Shown: positions 1-10,421 of the stretch, piece after piece
Layout: every line of letters begins with the position of its first letter
How positions within the stretch are numbered: position 1 is the stretch's first letter
NCBI GenBank assembly: GCA_041862235.1
Contig: JBGVSY010000035.1
Coordinates: forward strand, 16,479-80,478
Direction of reading: 5' to 3'
Source: Nitrososphaeria archaeon
GTDB lineage: Archaea > Thermoproteota > Nitrososphaeria_A > Caldarchaeales > JAVZCJ01
DNA length: 64,000 nucleotides
Notes under the pieces: generated by a model
Seen by the model: only the letters and a program-made list of their open reading frames with translations
Told to the model about the DNA's origin: nothing
The model's database searches: none
Program-made: the position numbers and the translations under genes

Positions 1-1126
1 AAAGCTCCCAGGTGAAGCTGACATCACTCGACTCCGGTCGAATCGCCATGAGAACATATCGCCAAACATCTGGCTCTGCAATCTCAAGTGTCTCGTCAAT
101 CCAAACGCCTATCCCGTGACTCCGCGAAAAACGCTGTCCTTCAAACGTGATGAATTCCGTTGATGAGACCTGCCAAGGCAGAACGTAGCCGCGGCGCGTA
201 GCGAGCAGTAGCGCTGGAAATATGATGATATGAAACGGAACGTTATCTTTCCCAATGAAATGGACGTTCTTCGTATGCTCATCAAGCCAAAACTCGTCAG
301 CCCGATCTGCTTTCCCAATTCTTTGGAACCATTCTACCGTAGCTGAGAGATACCCCAGCACCGCCTCCATCCAAACATAAATGGTCTTTCCCTCAGCACT
401 TGGAAAGGGTGCGGGAATCCCCCATCTGCTGTCACGGGTTAGGGCGCGCGGTCGAAGTCCCTCCTCAATCCATCCATAGGAAAAGTTGCGTGCATTATCA
501 GGGAGTTGAGGATTTGAATCGAGATACTCCCTCACAGCATCGCTAAACTTCGGAAGATCAAAAAACCAGTGTTTCGCCGAGCGAATGGTTGGCCTAGCGC
601 CACAGAGCACGCAACTTGGCTCGATGAGCTGAATCGGATCCAAGACCCGATCACAGTTCTCACATTGGTCGCCGCGGGCGCCGTCGGATTTGCAGAAAGG
701 ACAGATGCCCTGCACAAATCGGTCCGGCAGAAACAGATCGTCTTTCTCGCAATATGTCAGCTCAACCTCCTTGGTGAACACGTATCCATTTTCATAGATC
801 CTCCGGTAGAAATCCTGAACAAACTGAATGTGCACCGGGTTCTCGGTACGCGTATAGTTATCAAGCTCTATGCGGTAGCATCTCAGCAACTCACAAATCG
901 CGGCGTGTTGCTTATCCGTTAGAGCCCTTGGCTCTATCCCCTCTCTGATAGCTTCGACCTCTATCGGTGTTCCATGCTCATCGGAGCCTGAGACCGAGAC
1001 GACCTCCTCTCCCTTGGCGCGTAGGTAACGCGTGAAAACATCTGCGGACAACAAGTGGAGGAAGGTTCCTAAATGAGGCGTCGCGTGGACGTACGGCCAC
1101 GCTGAACACACAACCCATTTGCCCAC
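1..1126 (-). CDS. metG: Methionyl-tRNA synthetase, N-terminal ~375 codons. The gene runs off the window start; a GTG start is proposed at 1126.
   Basis: Continuous minus-strand reading frame with motifs AWPYVHATPHLG (HIGH-like), the zinc knuckle CPFCKSDGARGDQCENC, and HFIGKDNVPFH. It is absent from the ORF track because it is truncated at the window edge. Confidence 0.8.
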   Translation of the reverse strand, partial: MGKWVVCSAWPYVHATPHLGTFLHLLSADVFTRYLRAKGEEVVSVSGSDEHGTPIEVEAIREGIEPRALTDKQHAAICELLRCYRIELDNYTRTENPVHIQFVQDFYRRIYENGYVFTKEVELTYCEKDDLFLPDRFVQGICPFCKSDGARGDQCENCDRVLDPIQLIEPSCVLCGARPTIRSAKHWFFDLPKFSDAVREYLDSNPQLPDNARNFSYGWIEEGLRPRALTRDSRWGIPAPFPSAEGKTIYVWMEAVLGYLSATVEWFQRIGKADRADEFWLDEHTKNVHFIGKDNVPFHIIIFPALLLATRRGYVLPWQVSSTEFITFEGQRFSRSHGIGVWIDETLEIAEPDVWRYVLMAIRPESSDVSFTWEL

Positions 1127-1502
1127 TTCCGGCCCCCCAAGTCCTCGATCCAGCTCTACTTTGCGCTGCCAAGCTTTTTTAGGCTTAGAAATGCTCCTCG
1201 GGGTGGCAGGTAGCCCTTGATTCTTCCCATAGCCAACCTAGCGAGCTTAATCCCCTCTCTAGACGCCTGAGCGCTGTAAGGTCATATAAATATTGTTTAC
1301 TGGCTACGCAGACGGTGGATCAATCAACCGCAATACGAAGCAACGATCGCGCCTTCTCGGTTGCTTTCTCGATATGGTCACCGAAAATGACGTTGAAGGG
1401 CGACGGTGCCTGAAGTTTCAGCGTCGTCGAAACGATCGATCGATCTTCACAGTCGGTGCCGTCGTTCCTCGTGCTGCTGGTTATCGTAGGTCATTAGCGG
1501 GT

Positions 1503-2855
1503 CTAGAACACGTAGTCACCCTTTGACCGGGAAGTCTTCTTTATGCCGAGGTCAGACACAAGCCTTCTCAGTTCTACGTCGATTTCGTCCTCGATTCTTC
1601 TCCGATCATCGTCTGAAACGTCTACTGAAATAGGTGTAGAGATCGGGCTTGGAGGAGCGGGCGGTTCGGGGGCCATCTCACCGCCGCTCTCACCAGGCCC
1701 GTTTCCACCGGACGAAGCTAGGACGGTTGGAGCAGGTTCGACTTTAGTTCCTAGGGGAATAGCAGCCAGGGCATCCAGTGGCTGTTGTTTCGGCTTTGGC
1801 TCTACTCCGGTGAGCACAAGCGAGACCTGCACCGTGGACGTCAAGTATGGATCAATTCTCGCACCCCAAATCACTAAGGCATCATCACTCATCAGCTCCG
1901 AGACTATCTCTCCAGGGCGGGAAGCTTCGTTCAAGCTCATGTCCTCGCCGCCACTCACATGTACTATCGCTCCGGAGATTCCTTCGTAAGTTACGTCGAG
2001 TAGAGGGGAGTTGAGTGCGTTGTACGTTGCTTCTTCAGCACGGTTTACAGTTGAAGACCAACCCATACCGATGGATGCCAGTTCCCCTCGGGACACTATC
2101 GTCTTGAAGTCGGCGTAATCTACGTTTATGAGGCTCGGCTTGGAAATGCAGTCTGTGATGCTCTGAACCATGTTTCGGATAACTTCATCTGCTAGCTCGA
2201 AAGCTGTCCTCAAGCTGTAGTGTGGGTAGAGCTCGCGAAGCCTGTTATTGTCGATCACAACCACGGTGTGGCACGAATTCCTCAGTTTTTCTAAGCCATC
2301 CATGGCAATCCTCTGACGCACCGCTCCCTCAAACCGAAATGGAGTTGTGATGACGCCGATGACTATAGCCCCGTTGTTCTTGGCGACATCTGCTATCAGT
2401 GGGGAGGCACCTGTACCTGTTCCGCCTCCCAGGCCGGTGGAGACGAAGATTATGTCGGCATCCCTAACGTATTTCTGGATTTCTTCAATCGACTCCTCAG
2501 CGGCCATCCTACCTGTCTCGGGGTTTCCACCACAGCCCTGCTCATGAGTAATAGTCGGTCCGATCAGTATCTTTCGGTTTGCTCTGACCATGTTCAGGTG
2601 GGTGGCGTCGGTGTTTATGGCTATGTTGGTTACCCCTTGAAGACCTCCTAGTGCTAACCTGTTGGCGGTGTTGCAGCCTGCGCCGCCGACCCCGACCAAC
2701 AGAATCCTAGTTGGTTGAGGCAGAACATCTTTGTCGAGCTTCCTCGGAACGAGCTCTGGCTTAGATAACTCGGGAGCAACAGGTGCGCGGAGGTCTGCTC
2801 GCGAGCTATCCTCTGAAAGAGAAGATCTTGGAGCAAATAGGTCTACGAAGGTCAT
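1503..2855 (-). CDS. ftsZ: FtsZ/tubulin-family cell-division GTPase
   Basis: The tubulin signature GGGTGTG, GVGGAGCNTANRL near the N-terminus, and a Pro/acidic-rich C-terminal tail. 450 aa. Confidence 0.85.
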   Translation of the reverse strand: MTFVDLFAPRSSLSEDSSRADLRAPVAPELSKPELVPRKLDKDVLPQPTRILLVGVGGAGCNTANRLALGGLQGVTNIAINTDATHLNMVRANRKILIGPTITHEQGCGGNPETGRMAAEESIEEIQKYVRDADIIFVSTGLGGGTGTGASPLIADVAKNNGAIVIGVITTPFRFEGAVRQRIAMDGLEKLRNSCHTVVVIDNNRLRELYPHYSLRTAFELADEVIRNMVQSITDCISKPSLINVDYADFKTIVSRGELASIGMGWSSTVNRAEEATYNALNSPLLDVTYEGISGAIVHVSGGEDMSLNEASRPGEIVSELMSDDALVIWGARIDPYLTSTVQVSLVLTGVEPKPKQQPLDALAAIPLGTKVEPAPTVLASSGGNGPGESGGEMAPEPPAPPSPISTPISVDVSDDDRRRIEDEIDVELRRLVSDLGIKKTSRSKGDYVF

Positions 2856-3010
2856 GCCATGGGTCCTCCGCTGGCCTCAGCTTCTTCCTTGATGAAGTCA
2901 CGCAGGGCTGTGCGTATGGCCTCGGCTCTGTTGGGGTACAGACGCCTCTCGATAAGTCCATCTATGGCTTCAATGTATAATTCCGGTAGATGTACGGTAA
3001 CGACTTTCAC
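2852..3010 (-). CDS. cdrS: CdrS-like small RHH DNA-binding protein (52 aa, GTG start). Its stop overlaps the ftsZ start as ATGA.
   Basis: Translation is VKVVTVHLPELYIEAIDGLIERRLYPNRAEAIRTALRDFIKEEAEASGGPMA. It has a beta-strand plus two helices with an RAEAIR motif typical of RHH/CopG proteins. Its position immediately upstream of ftsZ mirrors the haloarchaeal cdrS-ftsZ2 unit. Confidence 0.55.
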   Translation of the reverse strand: MKVVTVHLPELYIEAIDGLIERRLYPNRAEAIRTALRDFIKEEAEASGGPMA

Positions 3011-4016
3011 ATTTACTCACCTGTACTCTGTTCGAGTACCTGTGGTCTGGCGAAAGACACACACTAGATAATCGTCAGGACTACCGCCGAACATCCGGGC
3101 GAAATACCCTGAACGTCTTTCTTCGAAAGGAGATATCTCATTGTGGTAATCTCAGCCTCCTTGTTTGTGTTTGATGCTCACTTCTTGGTAGGGAGCGTTT
3201 GGCCTGCAGCTGTTTGCCACCAAGAAATTCAGGAAAAGAAGAGGCTCCGCTTGATTTGAGGCCGGTTTCGCAGAAGACTGGGAGATCAGGTGTGTACTGT
3301 TGAGTGTTGGACTGTTGCGTGACGCCAGACCGATTCCATGTTTGAGTCAAAACCTCCATCCCATCCGGAGTTTCCGATCCCTTCTTCGACTGGCCAAGTA
3401 GCTCACAGCCTCTCACAGTTTCGAGGCTCTTGAGGTAGCACGTGTCGTGAAGTCTCCACAATATGGGCGACGCGCCTTCTAGAGAGTTGCTGATCCTAGC
3501 CTCCCAGAAGTTTTCGATCGATCGAAGCTGGAGATAACGGACAGGATCGATTGAGTCGTCATCCCTAGCTTGTGAGCCACTTGGTCTGACAAAGTACTCG
3601 GCTTGGCTTCAACGATCTATTTATTCACAGCTTACAGTGTTGTGAGTAGTCATTAACGGTGGGGGCAAGTGAGAGCCCAAGGCGCGAAGTACTTCTTCAA
3701 GTTGTGTCGAAACATTGCGGATCAGATCGAAGTTGAGTTTGCGAGAATGGAGCTAGAAGGCCTCTTCCCAATTCCGCTACGTCCCGTCTCTAACTTTGTC
3801 GATGTTCTTTCTAAGCCTCCTCTAAGCAGTTTTTGCTGAGATGAAATGAGAGTTCAGGACATTCTGATGAGAGATGTGTGCTACAGTTCAACTCAGAGGT
3901 TTCAGTCAAGTCAGGATGAACGATCGATCGATCTACAACACTTCTGAGGTCCTTCGAAGCCGGGTCAGATGTAGCTCTTCCTTGAAGTGGTCCATTGATC
4001 CAAAATCGTTTTATCA

Positions 4017-5015
4017 ATGGATCATCTGACCGATCGTGGGGTTCCGCGGATGAGCTTTGGGGATCAAAGGGTTCTGGTTACCGGGGGAGCAGGCTTCATA
4101 GGAAGTCACTTGGTGGATGCCTTGATGGAGAGGGGAGCCTATGTAACCGTACTAGACAACCTGAGCACTGGGTCCAAAGAGAACGTTAGACGGTGGATTG
4201 GTCACAGCCGATTCTCCTTAGAAGCTGGAGACTGCCTCGAAGCAGAGGTTCTGAGAAGAGCCATCAAAAATCAGGAAATGGTCTTTCACGCGGCAGCGAA
4301 TCCGGAGGTAAGAGCAGCTCTCACAGATCCCCAAATAGACTTCCAGCAGAACGTCGCGGCCACCAAGATGGTGTTGGAAGAGATGAGAAAAAGCCGAACT
4401 GCAAGAATCCTGGCGTTCACGTCGACATCAACGGTCTACGGTGAAGCGAAGCAAATTCCCACGCCAGAGGACTACGGTCCGTTGATTCCGATATCGTTGT
4501 ATGGGGCATCCAAACTTGCGTGTGAGGCGCTAATATCAGGTTATTGTCATATGTTTGGTCTACGAAGCGTCATCTATCGCTTCGCCAACATCGTCGGCTC
4601 AAGGTCGAGGCATGGCGTAGTCTGGGACTTCATTCAAAAGCTCAGGAAGAACCCAAGAGAGCTTGAGATACTGGGTGATGGGACGCAATCCAAGTCCTAT
4701 CTTCTCGTCGATGACTGTGTTGAGGCTTTCCTGATCGCCCTCAAGAAGTTACCTGAAAGACTAGAGACATACAACGTTGGCTCTAGCACACGAGTTACCG
4801 TAATTGAGGTAGCTAAGGTAGTATCGGATGAAATGAACCTGAAGGATGTCAGCCTCACCTTTACAGGAGGAGTTGAGGGTGGACGGGGCTGGAAAGGCGA
4901 TGTGAAGACAATGTTGCTCGACATATCCAAGATCGAGAAGTTGGGCTGGAGAAGCAAACACGACAGTGCAGAGAGCGTACGCATCGCAGCCAGGCAGTTG
5001 TTGAGGGAAATCTAG
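4017..5015 (+). CDS. NAD-dependent epimerase/dehydratase (SDR family, UDP-sugar epimerase/decarboxylase-like)
   Basis: VLVTGGAGFIGSHLV Rossmann motif and a YGASK catalytic YxxxK. 332 aa, with a likely true start at the Met around 4050. Confidence 0.8.
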   Translation: MDHLTDRGVPRMSFGDQRVLVTGGAGFIGSHLVDALMERGAYVTVLDNLSTGSKENVRRWIGHSRFSLEAGDCLEAEVLRRAIKNQEMVFHAAANPEVRAALTDPQIDFQQNVAATKMVLEEMRKSRTARILAFTSTSTVYGEAKQIPTPEDYGPLIPISLYGASKLACEALISGYCHMFGLRSVIYRFANIVGSRSRHGVVWDFIQKLRKNPRELEILGDGTQSKSYLLVDDCVEAFLIALKKLPERLETYNVGSSTRVTVIEVAKVVSDEMNLKDVSLTFTGGVEGGRGWKGDVKTMLLDISKIEKLGWRSKHDSAESVRIAARQLLREI

Positions 5016-5479
5016 ATCTTGAAATGGTCTACGGAGCCGCCTTGCGAGCGCCCTCTGAAGTAGCGAGACGATCTGTCGGTCTTCTTGCGCGTTGCCTGGA
5101 GACCCAAGGTTTTTACTGCATACATGTCACAGAGGCCTTCCCTGCCATCCATGGCAACTTCATTCACCCAATCCAAATAGTGCCTAAATTCATGGAGGAA
5201 ATTGAAAAGAGCAAGCTCCTTGGCGTTCTCCAACTCAACGCTCAAGGTGTGGTTTCTGTCTTCACGAATCAGCGTTGAATATGGATAAGTGTTTTGCCTA
5301 TCAACGCGAACCGTGATCTCTATTGGCCGGGTCTTCCAACACATCTGGGCACTGTACTCTGTGCCGTCTCTGGCATACTTGAAAACCACCCTTAAATCGT
5401 GTCTCAGCTTACCCTTTACAAACTGCTCGACATCTTCTTGTCCTAGCGGGACATCAGTCCTGTTGTCGACCCTAATCAA
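5012..5479 (-). CDS. Hypothetical protein with an HEFRH (HExxH-like) motif
   Basis: 155-aa ORF containing the motif NFLHEFRHYLDW. It is convergent with the epimerase gene with a 4-bp overlap. Confidence 0.4.
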   Translation of the reverse strand: MIRVDNRTDVPLGQEDVEQFVKGKLRHDLRVVFKYARDGTEYSAQMCWKTRPIEITVRVDRQNTYPYSTLIREDRNHTLSVELENAKELALFNFLHEFRHYLDWVNEVAMDGREGLCDMYAVKTLGLQATRKKTDRSSRYFRGRSQGGSVDHFKI

Positions 5480-6265
5480 AGGGCTTCTTGGTTCGAAGAA
5501 CTCACAAGAGTAACGTTCCCAGTCGGGCCTTACCTCAGCGTAAGGCGGAAGGTGAAGTTTCTTTCGAATATTCTCAACAAGTGAAACAACATGTCGCTGT
5601 AGATCTATGTTTCTCTTCGTGCACCAAGGGGTTCTTCCAGCCCAGTAGCTCGGCCAGCACTTTCCCTCCTTGTCTCTATAGCTTCTCCACCTACATTTCC
5701 GACATGACCTTTCCTCTGTCAGACTGGTTCACCTACAGTTCAGGCAACATCAGATCGCTTCCAGCCCAAGGCCAGGAAGCTGTGGCAATCTCTCCAAAGC
5801 TTCATCCCAACTAGCTCCGACTCAGTTCTCCGCTGCGTCAGCCTCAGTCTTGATTGCTTTTAATGAGTTATGGGTTGCCTCTTCAGCGTTTGACTTTCTC
5901 TAGCGCAGGAACTTGATCAACACAGCAGTTTGTTGATTGAAACCAGGGCTGTTCGTCTCCAGCCAGCCGCTTTGCCGGCGAAGACACCCTAACACTCCCC
6001 AACGTATTCCTCAAAGTTGGATATCCCCACGTGGCTGATCCTTATCCTTCTAATCATCCTATGACTATTGATTCCCGCTAGCTTGGTCAGTAACGCCAAT
6101 CAATGAGAATGTTCTGGAGCCTATTGTGAACGGATTTTACGGAGAGCTAGGTTTCATTTGTCTATTGGATATGTCAGAGTATTACTCAACATTCACAACT
6201 CTTTTGAGATGGTCTGCAGCGCTTTCATTCGGTAACTCGAGCTGACCCCAAGCAAGAAGATCCGA

Positions 6266-6655
6266 ATGGAACTCGTCGATGAATCAGGAGACAAGGTTAC
6301 AGTGATCTTCGAGGGACGGTTATCTAGGGAGAAAATACTTCAGTTGGCGGACCTAGCGGAGCTTTACGGAGGCAGCTTTGAGGGGAGACTGGGAGGGGGG
6401 AGTGAAAGCAAGCTCGATCGTCTTCTGAGAGTTGTGGAGAAATGCTTTCCCTTCGGTTATTTCACCTCCAGAGACGTTCTGGAAGCTTTCCAAGCCGAGT
6501 TCAGAGAACCGATCCCCCTCACGACTGTTTCAACATACCTCTGCCGGCTGGCTGACAGAGCGGTCTTGCAAAGAGTTGGGTCAGGCCGGGGATGCATCAG
6601 ATACAGGGTAGCCCGAGGCGAGTACAAACCTCTTCACGAGCAGAGAATGGCCTAG
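6266..6655 (+). CDS. Hypothetical protein with a C-terminal winged-helix-like DNA-binding region
   Basis: 129-aa ORF. The C-terminal segment TTVSTYLCRLADRAVLQRVG...IRYRV resembles a winged-helix recognition helix and wing. Confidence 0.45.
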   Translation: MELVDESGDKVTVIFEGRLSREKILQLADLAELYGGSFEGRLGGGSESKLDRLLRVVEKCFPFGYFTSRDVLEAFQAEFREPIPLTTVSTYLCRLADRAVLQRVGSGRGCIRYRVARGEYKPLHEQRMA

Positions 6656-6660
6656 TGCTT

Positions 6661-7122
6661 CTATCGACTCGGACCGGAACTGGCTCTCCGCCTCCGTATG
6701 ATTCTCCGTCCTTCCTCGCTACCGGAATAGGTATATGGTCTTCCCTGCCTTGTGACAAGCCCCTTCTCATGGAGATCCTTCAGCGTTCTGGAGACGTACT
6801 CTCGATTCTTGTTGAGGTGATCACTCAGTTCCTTGGCGGTCCTGGGCTGTTGGACGAGCAGTCTCAAAACATGTAGTTCACTCTCGGTCACAGAGAGTCT
6901 CTTTTCCTCGGCTTTTCTGGACGCTTTGTTCATTGCGTCCTCGATCCGGGAAAGAGACTGCTGTATTCTGACGAGCTCTCTTAGAAAATCATCTGAGTCC
7001 TGCTCGGATTTCGGGTTTCTAGACTGGGAGGATTTGGTGAGACGTGCTCTATAAACGTAGGAGAATATGACACCTTCAACAATGAGTAGGGCTGCAAAGA
7101 GATACACGGTTGGATCCATCAT
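6661..7122 (-). CDS. Membrane-anchored MarR/winged-helix transcriptional regulator
   Basis: An N-terminal hydrophobic helix (VYLFAALLIVEGVIFSYVY) followed by an HTH segment LTESELHVLRLLVQQPRTAKELSDHLNKNREYVSRTLKDLHEKGLVTR. Confidence 0.55.
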   Translation of the reverse strand: MMDPTVYLFAALLIVEGVIFSYVYRARLTKSSQSRNPKSEQDSDDFLRELVRIQQSLSRIEDAMNKASRKAEEKRLSVTESELHVLRLLVQQPRTAKELSDHLNKNREYVSRTLKDLHEKGLVTRQGRPYTYSGSEEGRRIIRRRRASSGPSR

Positions 7123-7130
7123 GTTCTCCC

Positions 7131-7700
7131 CTAGAGCTCAGCCCCTAGAACATCGATCTTGGTTATAATCCCTACCATCCGTATCCGCTCATCCATCACC
7201 AAGACTGCTGGGCTGCGTCTCAGAAGCCGTGTCACCTCTGTCAAGCCCGAGTCCAATCTCACCTCAGGAAAGGGGGGATCCATCAAGGTCTCGACCCTGG
7301 CCCTCATGACTTTTTGGGCATCATCCGCTTCGCTGAGATGTTTCAGTATCGTGCTTTCTGATATACCTCCTACAACCATTCCGTTCAGCGACACCGGCAG
7401 CTGAGAGAAACCGCTCTCCCTCATCACTGCCACCGCTCGCTTCACTTTTTCTCTGACCTCTACATGGATCGCTGGATGGCTCATTATGTCTTTGGCTTGG
7501 GAAGGCTTTGAGGCCTGAAGCGCCTGGAATATACTGTTCATCGTGGAAATCCGGGGATTGACTGTGCCCCTTTCTATCTTCGCTATCAGCGATTGACTCA
7601 CACCCGCTCTAGCTGCAAGTTGCTCTTGTGTCAACCCTCGTTTTCTTCGTATTTGTCGAATTTCCTGCCCTTTCGGCAGCCTAAACATCATGGGGTTCAC
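7131..7700 (-). CDS. XRE-family HTH plus CBS-domain transcriptional regulator
   Basis: LTQEQLAARAGVSQSLIAKIERG (Cro/C1 HTH) followed by a CBS-like region. This is a common archaeal domain architecture. Confidence 0.7.
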   Translation of the reverse strand: MNPMMFRLPKGQEIRQIRRKRGLTQEQLAARAGVSQSLIAKIERGTVNPRISTMNSIFQALQASKPSQAKDIMSHPAIHVEVREKVKRAVAVMRESGFSQLPVSLNGMVVGGISESTILKHLSEADDAQKVMRARVETLMDPPFPEVRLDSGLTEVTRLLRRSPAVLVMDERIRMVGIITKIDVLGAEL

Positions 7701-8181
7701 CGGCTTCTAAACCCTTGGACATCCGCTTGGGCTGGGTGATTTCCTCGATCATTTGAATAATTACTCTTCTGTTCTCATCGATAAACTGAGAGGAGGCGCT
7801 CCCTTGGCGGTACGAGGTTGACAGCTCCGAGAGCCTTTCACCTAGCTCCGAGAAGGAGGCTAGGCTTGGTGACTCCAGCAGACCCAGGTACCCCATTAAG
7901 AGGGTTGTGAAGAGAGACTCCCGAACGTTCTTGTGTGCTTGACTCAGACTTCGGTTGAAAGCTCCCTTGCTCACCTTCCTTCTTCTTAAGCTAGCCTTTT
8001 GATCGCTTGTTAGATTGAACGCCTCTTCCGTGGATAGAGCATCTATAAGCAAAGTTTCGAGCTGGGCTTTGGCAAGAGAGCTGTTTCTACTCAAGAGATT
8101 AAATAAGGGGTCTTGGCGAAGACTCGAGATAAGACTGCCGATTGTTTGCCTAACTTCTCGAGATACCCGCGACCGTCGCAT
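7681..8181 (-). CDS. Hypothetical protein, probably co-transcribed with the HTH-CBS regulator
   Basis: 166-aa ORF overlapping the downstream gene by 20 bp on the same strand. Confidence 0.4.
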   Translation of the reverse strand: MRRSRVSREVRQTIGSLISSLRQDPLFNLLSRNSSLAKAQLETLLIDALSTEEAFNLTSDQKASLRRRKVSKGAFNRSLSQAHKNVRESLFTTLLMGYLGLLESPSLASFSELGERLSELSTSYRQGSASSQFIDENRRVIIQMIEEITQPKRMSKGLEAGEPHDV

Positions 8182-10421
8182 GCTGTGTGTCTCCCAAGCT
8201 TAATTGATAGCTAGGTATTAATCTGTACACGCTGAAACGTTGTTCTGAGACCGTGGGCTGAGGCAAGTCCTTTTGAATAACGCCTCAGAGCGCCTCTTTG
8301 TCTCAAATTGTCAGTTTTCTGGCTTTGTGGGTCTTCAGCTCGCTCCACGTCCATTAGATTTCTCAGGCCATGACAACCGTCGCCAAAAGGCATGGGTAGT
8401 CTACGCGCATTCGAGGCGGTAGTTTCGTTAGGTCACAAAGGGGGATTACACTCCCGGACGAATGCAGGAAGGCTTTAAGCTACCTTCCGCGATCATAGCG
8501 GAAGTCTCTGCCGCTACTTCTGGGACACGTCCGCTGAGTCTAGGTGTGTTCGGTAGAGCGATTCAACAATCTTGACGACCGAGGAAATGTGCTCAAGATA
8601 TAACTAGTTTTTGCTGTGACGAAAGAATCTCCTCGCAAAGCCTGAGGGTTTGCTCCAGCCCTTGCTACTTCCATTCTTCCTCTGATCTCTCATGCATGAC
8701 TCACAAGTAACTGACTGGGCTGCCGCTGATCATCATGATGTCAAGCATGAAGAGAATCGCCAGCAACCGTAAGTTCATTTACCGATCGATCTATCTAGAG
8801 GCCCCAGACTGACTGCGAAGATCTTACCTGAGATGGCTCCTCCGAGGTCTCCGCCACCCGAAACAGGCTTCTCGTTCGACAGTGGTATGTCGTTCTCTGC
8901 CTCCGCTTGATTCACCGGTTCTCATTCATCGATTGGTGGAGGCCAGCTCGAAAGCGACATGTGCGCCACAGAGGCAGGACGTTTCAGGTCATCACTACAT
9001 TTTCTCGCAGCAACGAAATTCATCTTCTCGCGGGTAGACATTCTGACAACTCGATCGATCGAGACTGCCCCAGATACATCTTGCACCCACAATTTGAGTG
9101 AGAGAGTTCGAGACTCCATTGATGTTGGTTGGAAGATCAGTCGATCTGAGCAAGATGCAGGAGACGATGTCACCTGTGTCAGACGGAATGCCGTATGGGC
9201 TGTTGCGAATGCCCCGCAAGCAGAACGCTCTATCGACGGATATAGTCAGGTCTGACTTGACCAAGAAGAATCGGTGGCAGGTTTGTCTGACATAGGAACC
9301 GCGTCGGAACGTGGAACACAGTTCCAGCATTACGTACTGATCTATGATCCGGATCGATATGCAACGTCCCCCCATAGCTGTGAGCGAATAGCAGTTGCTT
9401 CACAGCCGTTGTTACTTGGTCGATCGTCGATCGATAACAACAAAAAGTGTCGCCCGATCGGTTGGAAGCCAACGTCAAATGACGACAACAACTCGCCGAT
9501 TCGAAGTGAGTGTTGGAGAATGTCACGTCATCATCACAATGCGATTTGTTGCAGAGAAGTTTACACCTCTACCAAGAGCTTGGTGGAGGGATCGTTGATA
9601 ACCGGAAGAAGAAGCATGCAAGAGGGTGTTCTCCGAGTTTGGAGGGTTAAGGTTCGAAATACACATACAAGCTAGAGGTCAAACCCAGAGGTGTAGATGT
9701 GCTAGACATCCTCGGCTAAGACAGACCTGTCATGAGTTATTGGGTATACAATTGTGTATTTCAGGACAAGACGACTCTTATTGTCTTGTAAAGTGGCTGG
9801 AGAAGCAGAAATAGGGCTCCTCGCGCGATTCGTCATACGTCACTCATGTTTGGTGAACAACGTTCGTAGTGTCTCGTCAGGTTTGTCGATAGGCCAATTT
9901 CGTTGGGTTACTCAGATCTTGTACAGTGGGATGACACGCGAGTACGATGGATCTACACTTGAAGAATCAGCTGAAGGATGTGCCGCCACCGACAAAACTT
10001 ACACAATGTGCAAGATTTGTCAAGGCACAACAAGACTGTGAGAGATGGAATGGTAGTTTGCATACAGGCCGTTATGATCGCAGACTAGATCTCATCGGAT
10101 TGTTCGAGTTCTGTGATCTTCATTGCTTACTGGAGAACACTGTTCTACACAAATCTCACTAACGCGTCCTATTAGACCAAACATCCCTCCCGTCTGACAA
10201 CGTTGTCGGATTGCAATCCTCGGCTCCAGTTGGGTATGCTGTTGACAGACCACGTTATCGTTACCTGCCAACGCGCTGAGTTCACACCTGCAAAATACTC
10301 AGAAAATGTGTTAAACCTGGCAAAACTGGCACATTGTGTAAGACCTATGAGCTCTTCCACGTCTTACACAATGTTAAAGGAGCGTCTGTGTCGAGCAGCC
10401 CGCGGCAATGTGAACGAGATC

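Noticed and set aside
532-1172. ORF-track entries 532-717(-), 569-922(+) and 978-1172(-)
   Set aside because: All overlap the continuous MetRS reading frame on the minus strand and have non-protein-like compositions.
1543-1989. 148-aa plus-strand ORF opposite ftsZ
   Set aside because: Ser/Pro/Gly-rich antisense shadow of the FtsZ C-terminal tail.
3138-3461. 107-aa minus-strand ORF in the 1-kb gap upstream of cdrS
   Set aside because: Q/R/S-rich low-complexity product with no recognisable domain. More likely non-coding promoter or leader DNA.
9754-10041. ORF ending in ...CKICQGTTRL, which resembles the CEVCQGTTEKR tail of the DUF92 protein
   Set aside because: The similarity is a single short motif. 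The surrounding ORF has poor composition and overlaps other equally weak ORFs in different frames.
10203-10421. The 73-codon N-terminal extension of the ParA ORF
   Set aside because: ParA/MinD proteins begin about 10 residues before the Walker A box. The extension lies over the palindromic operator-like sequences.
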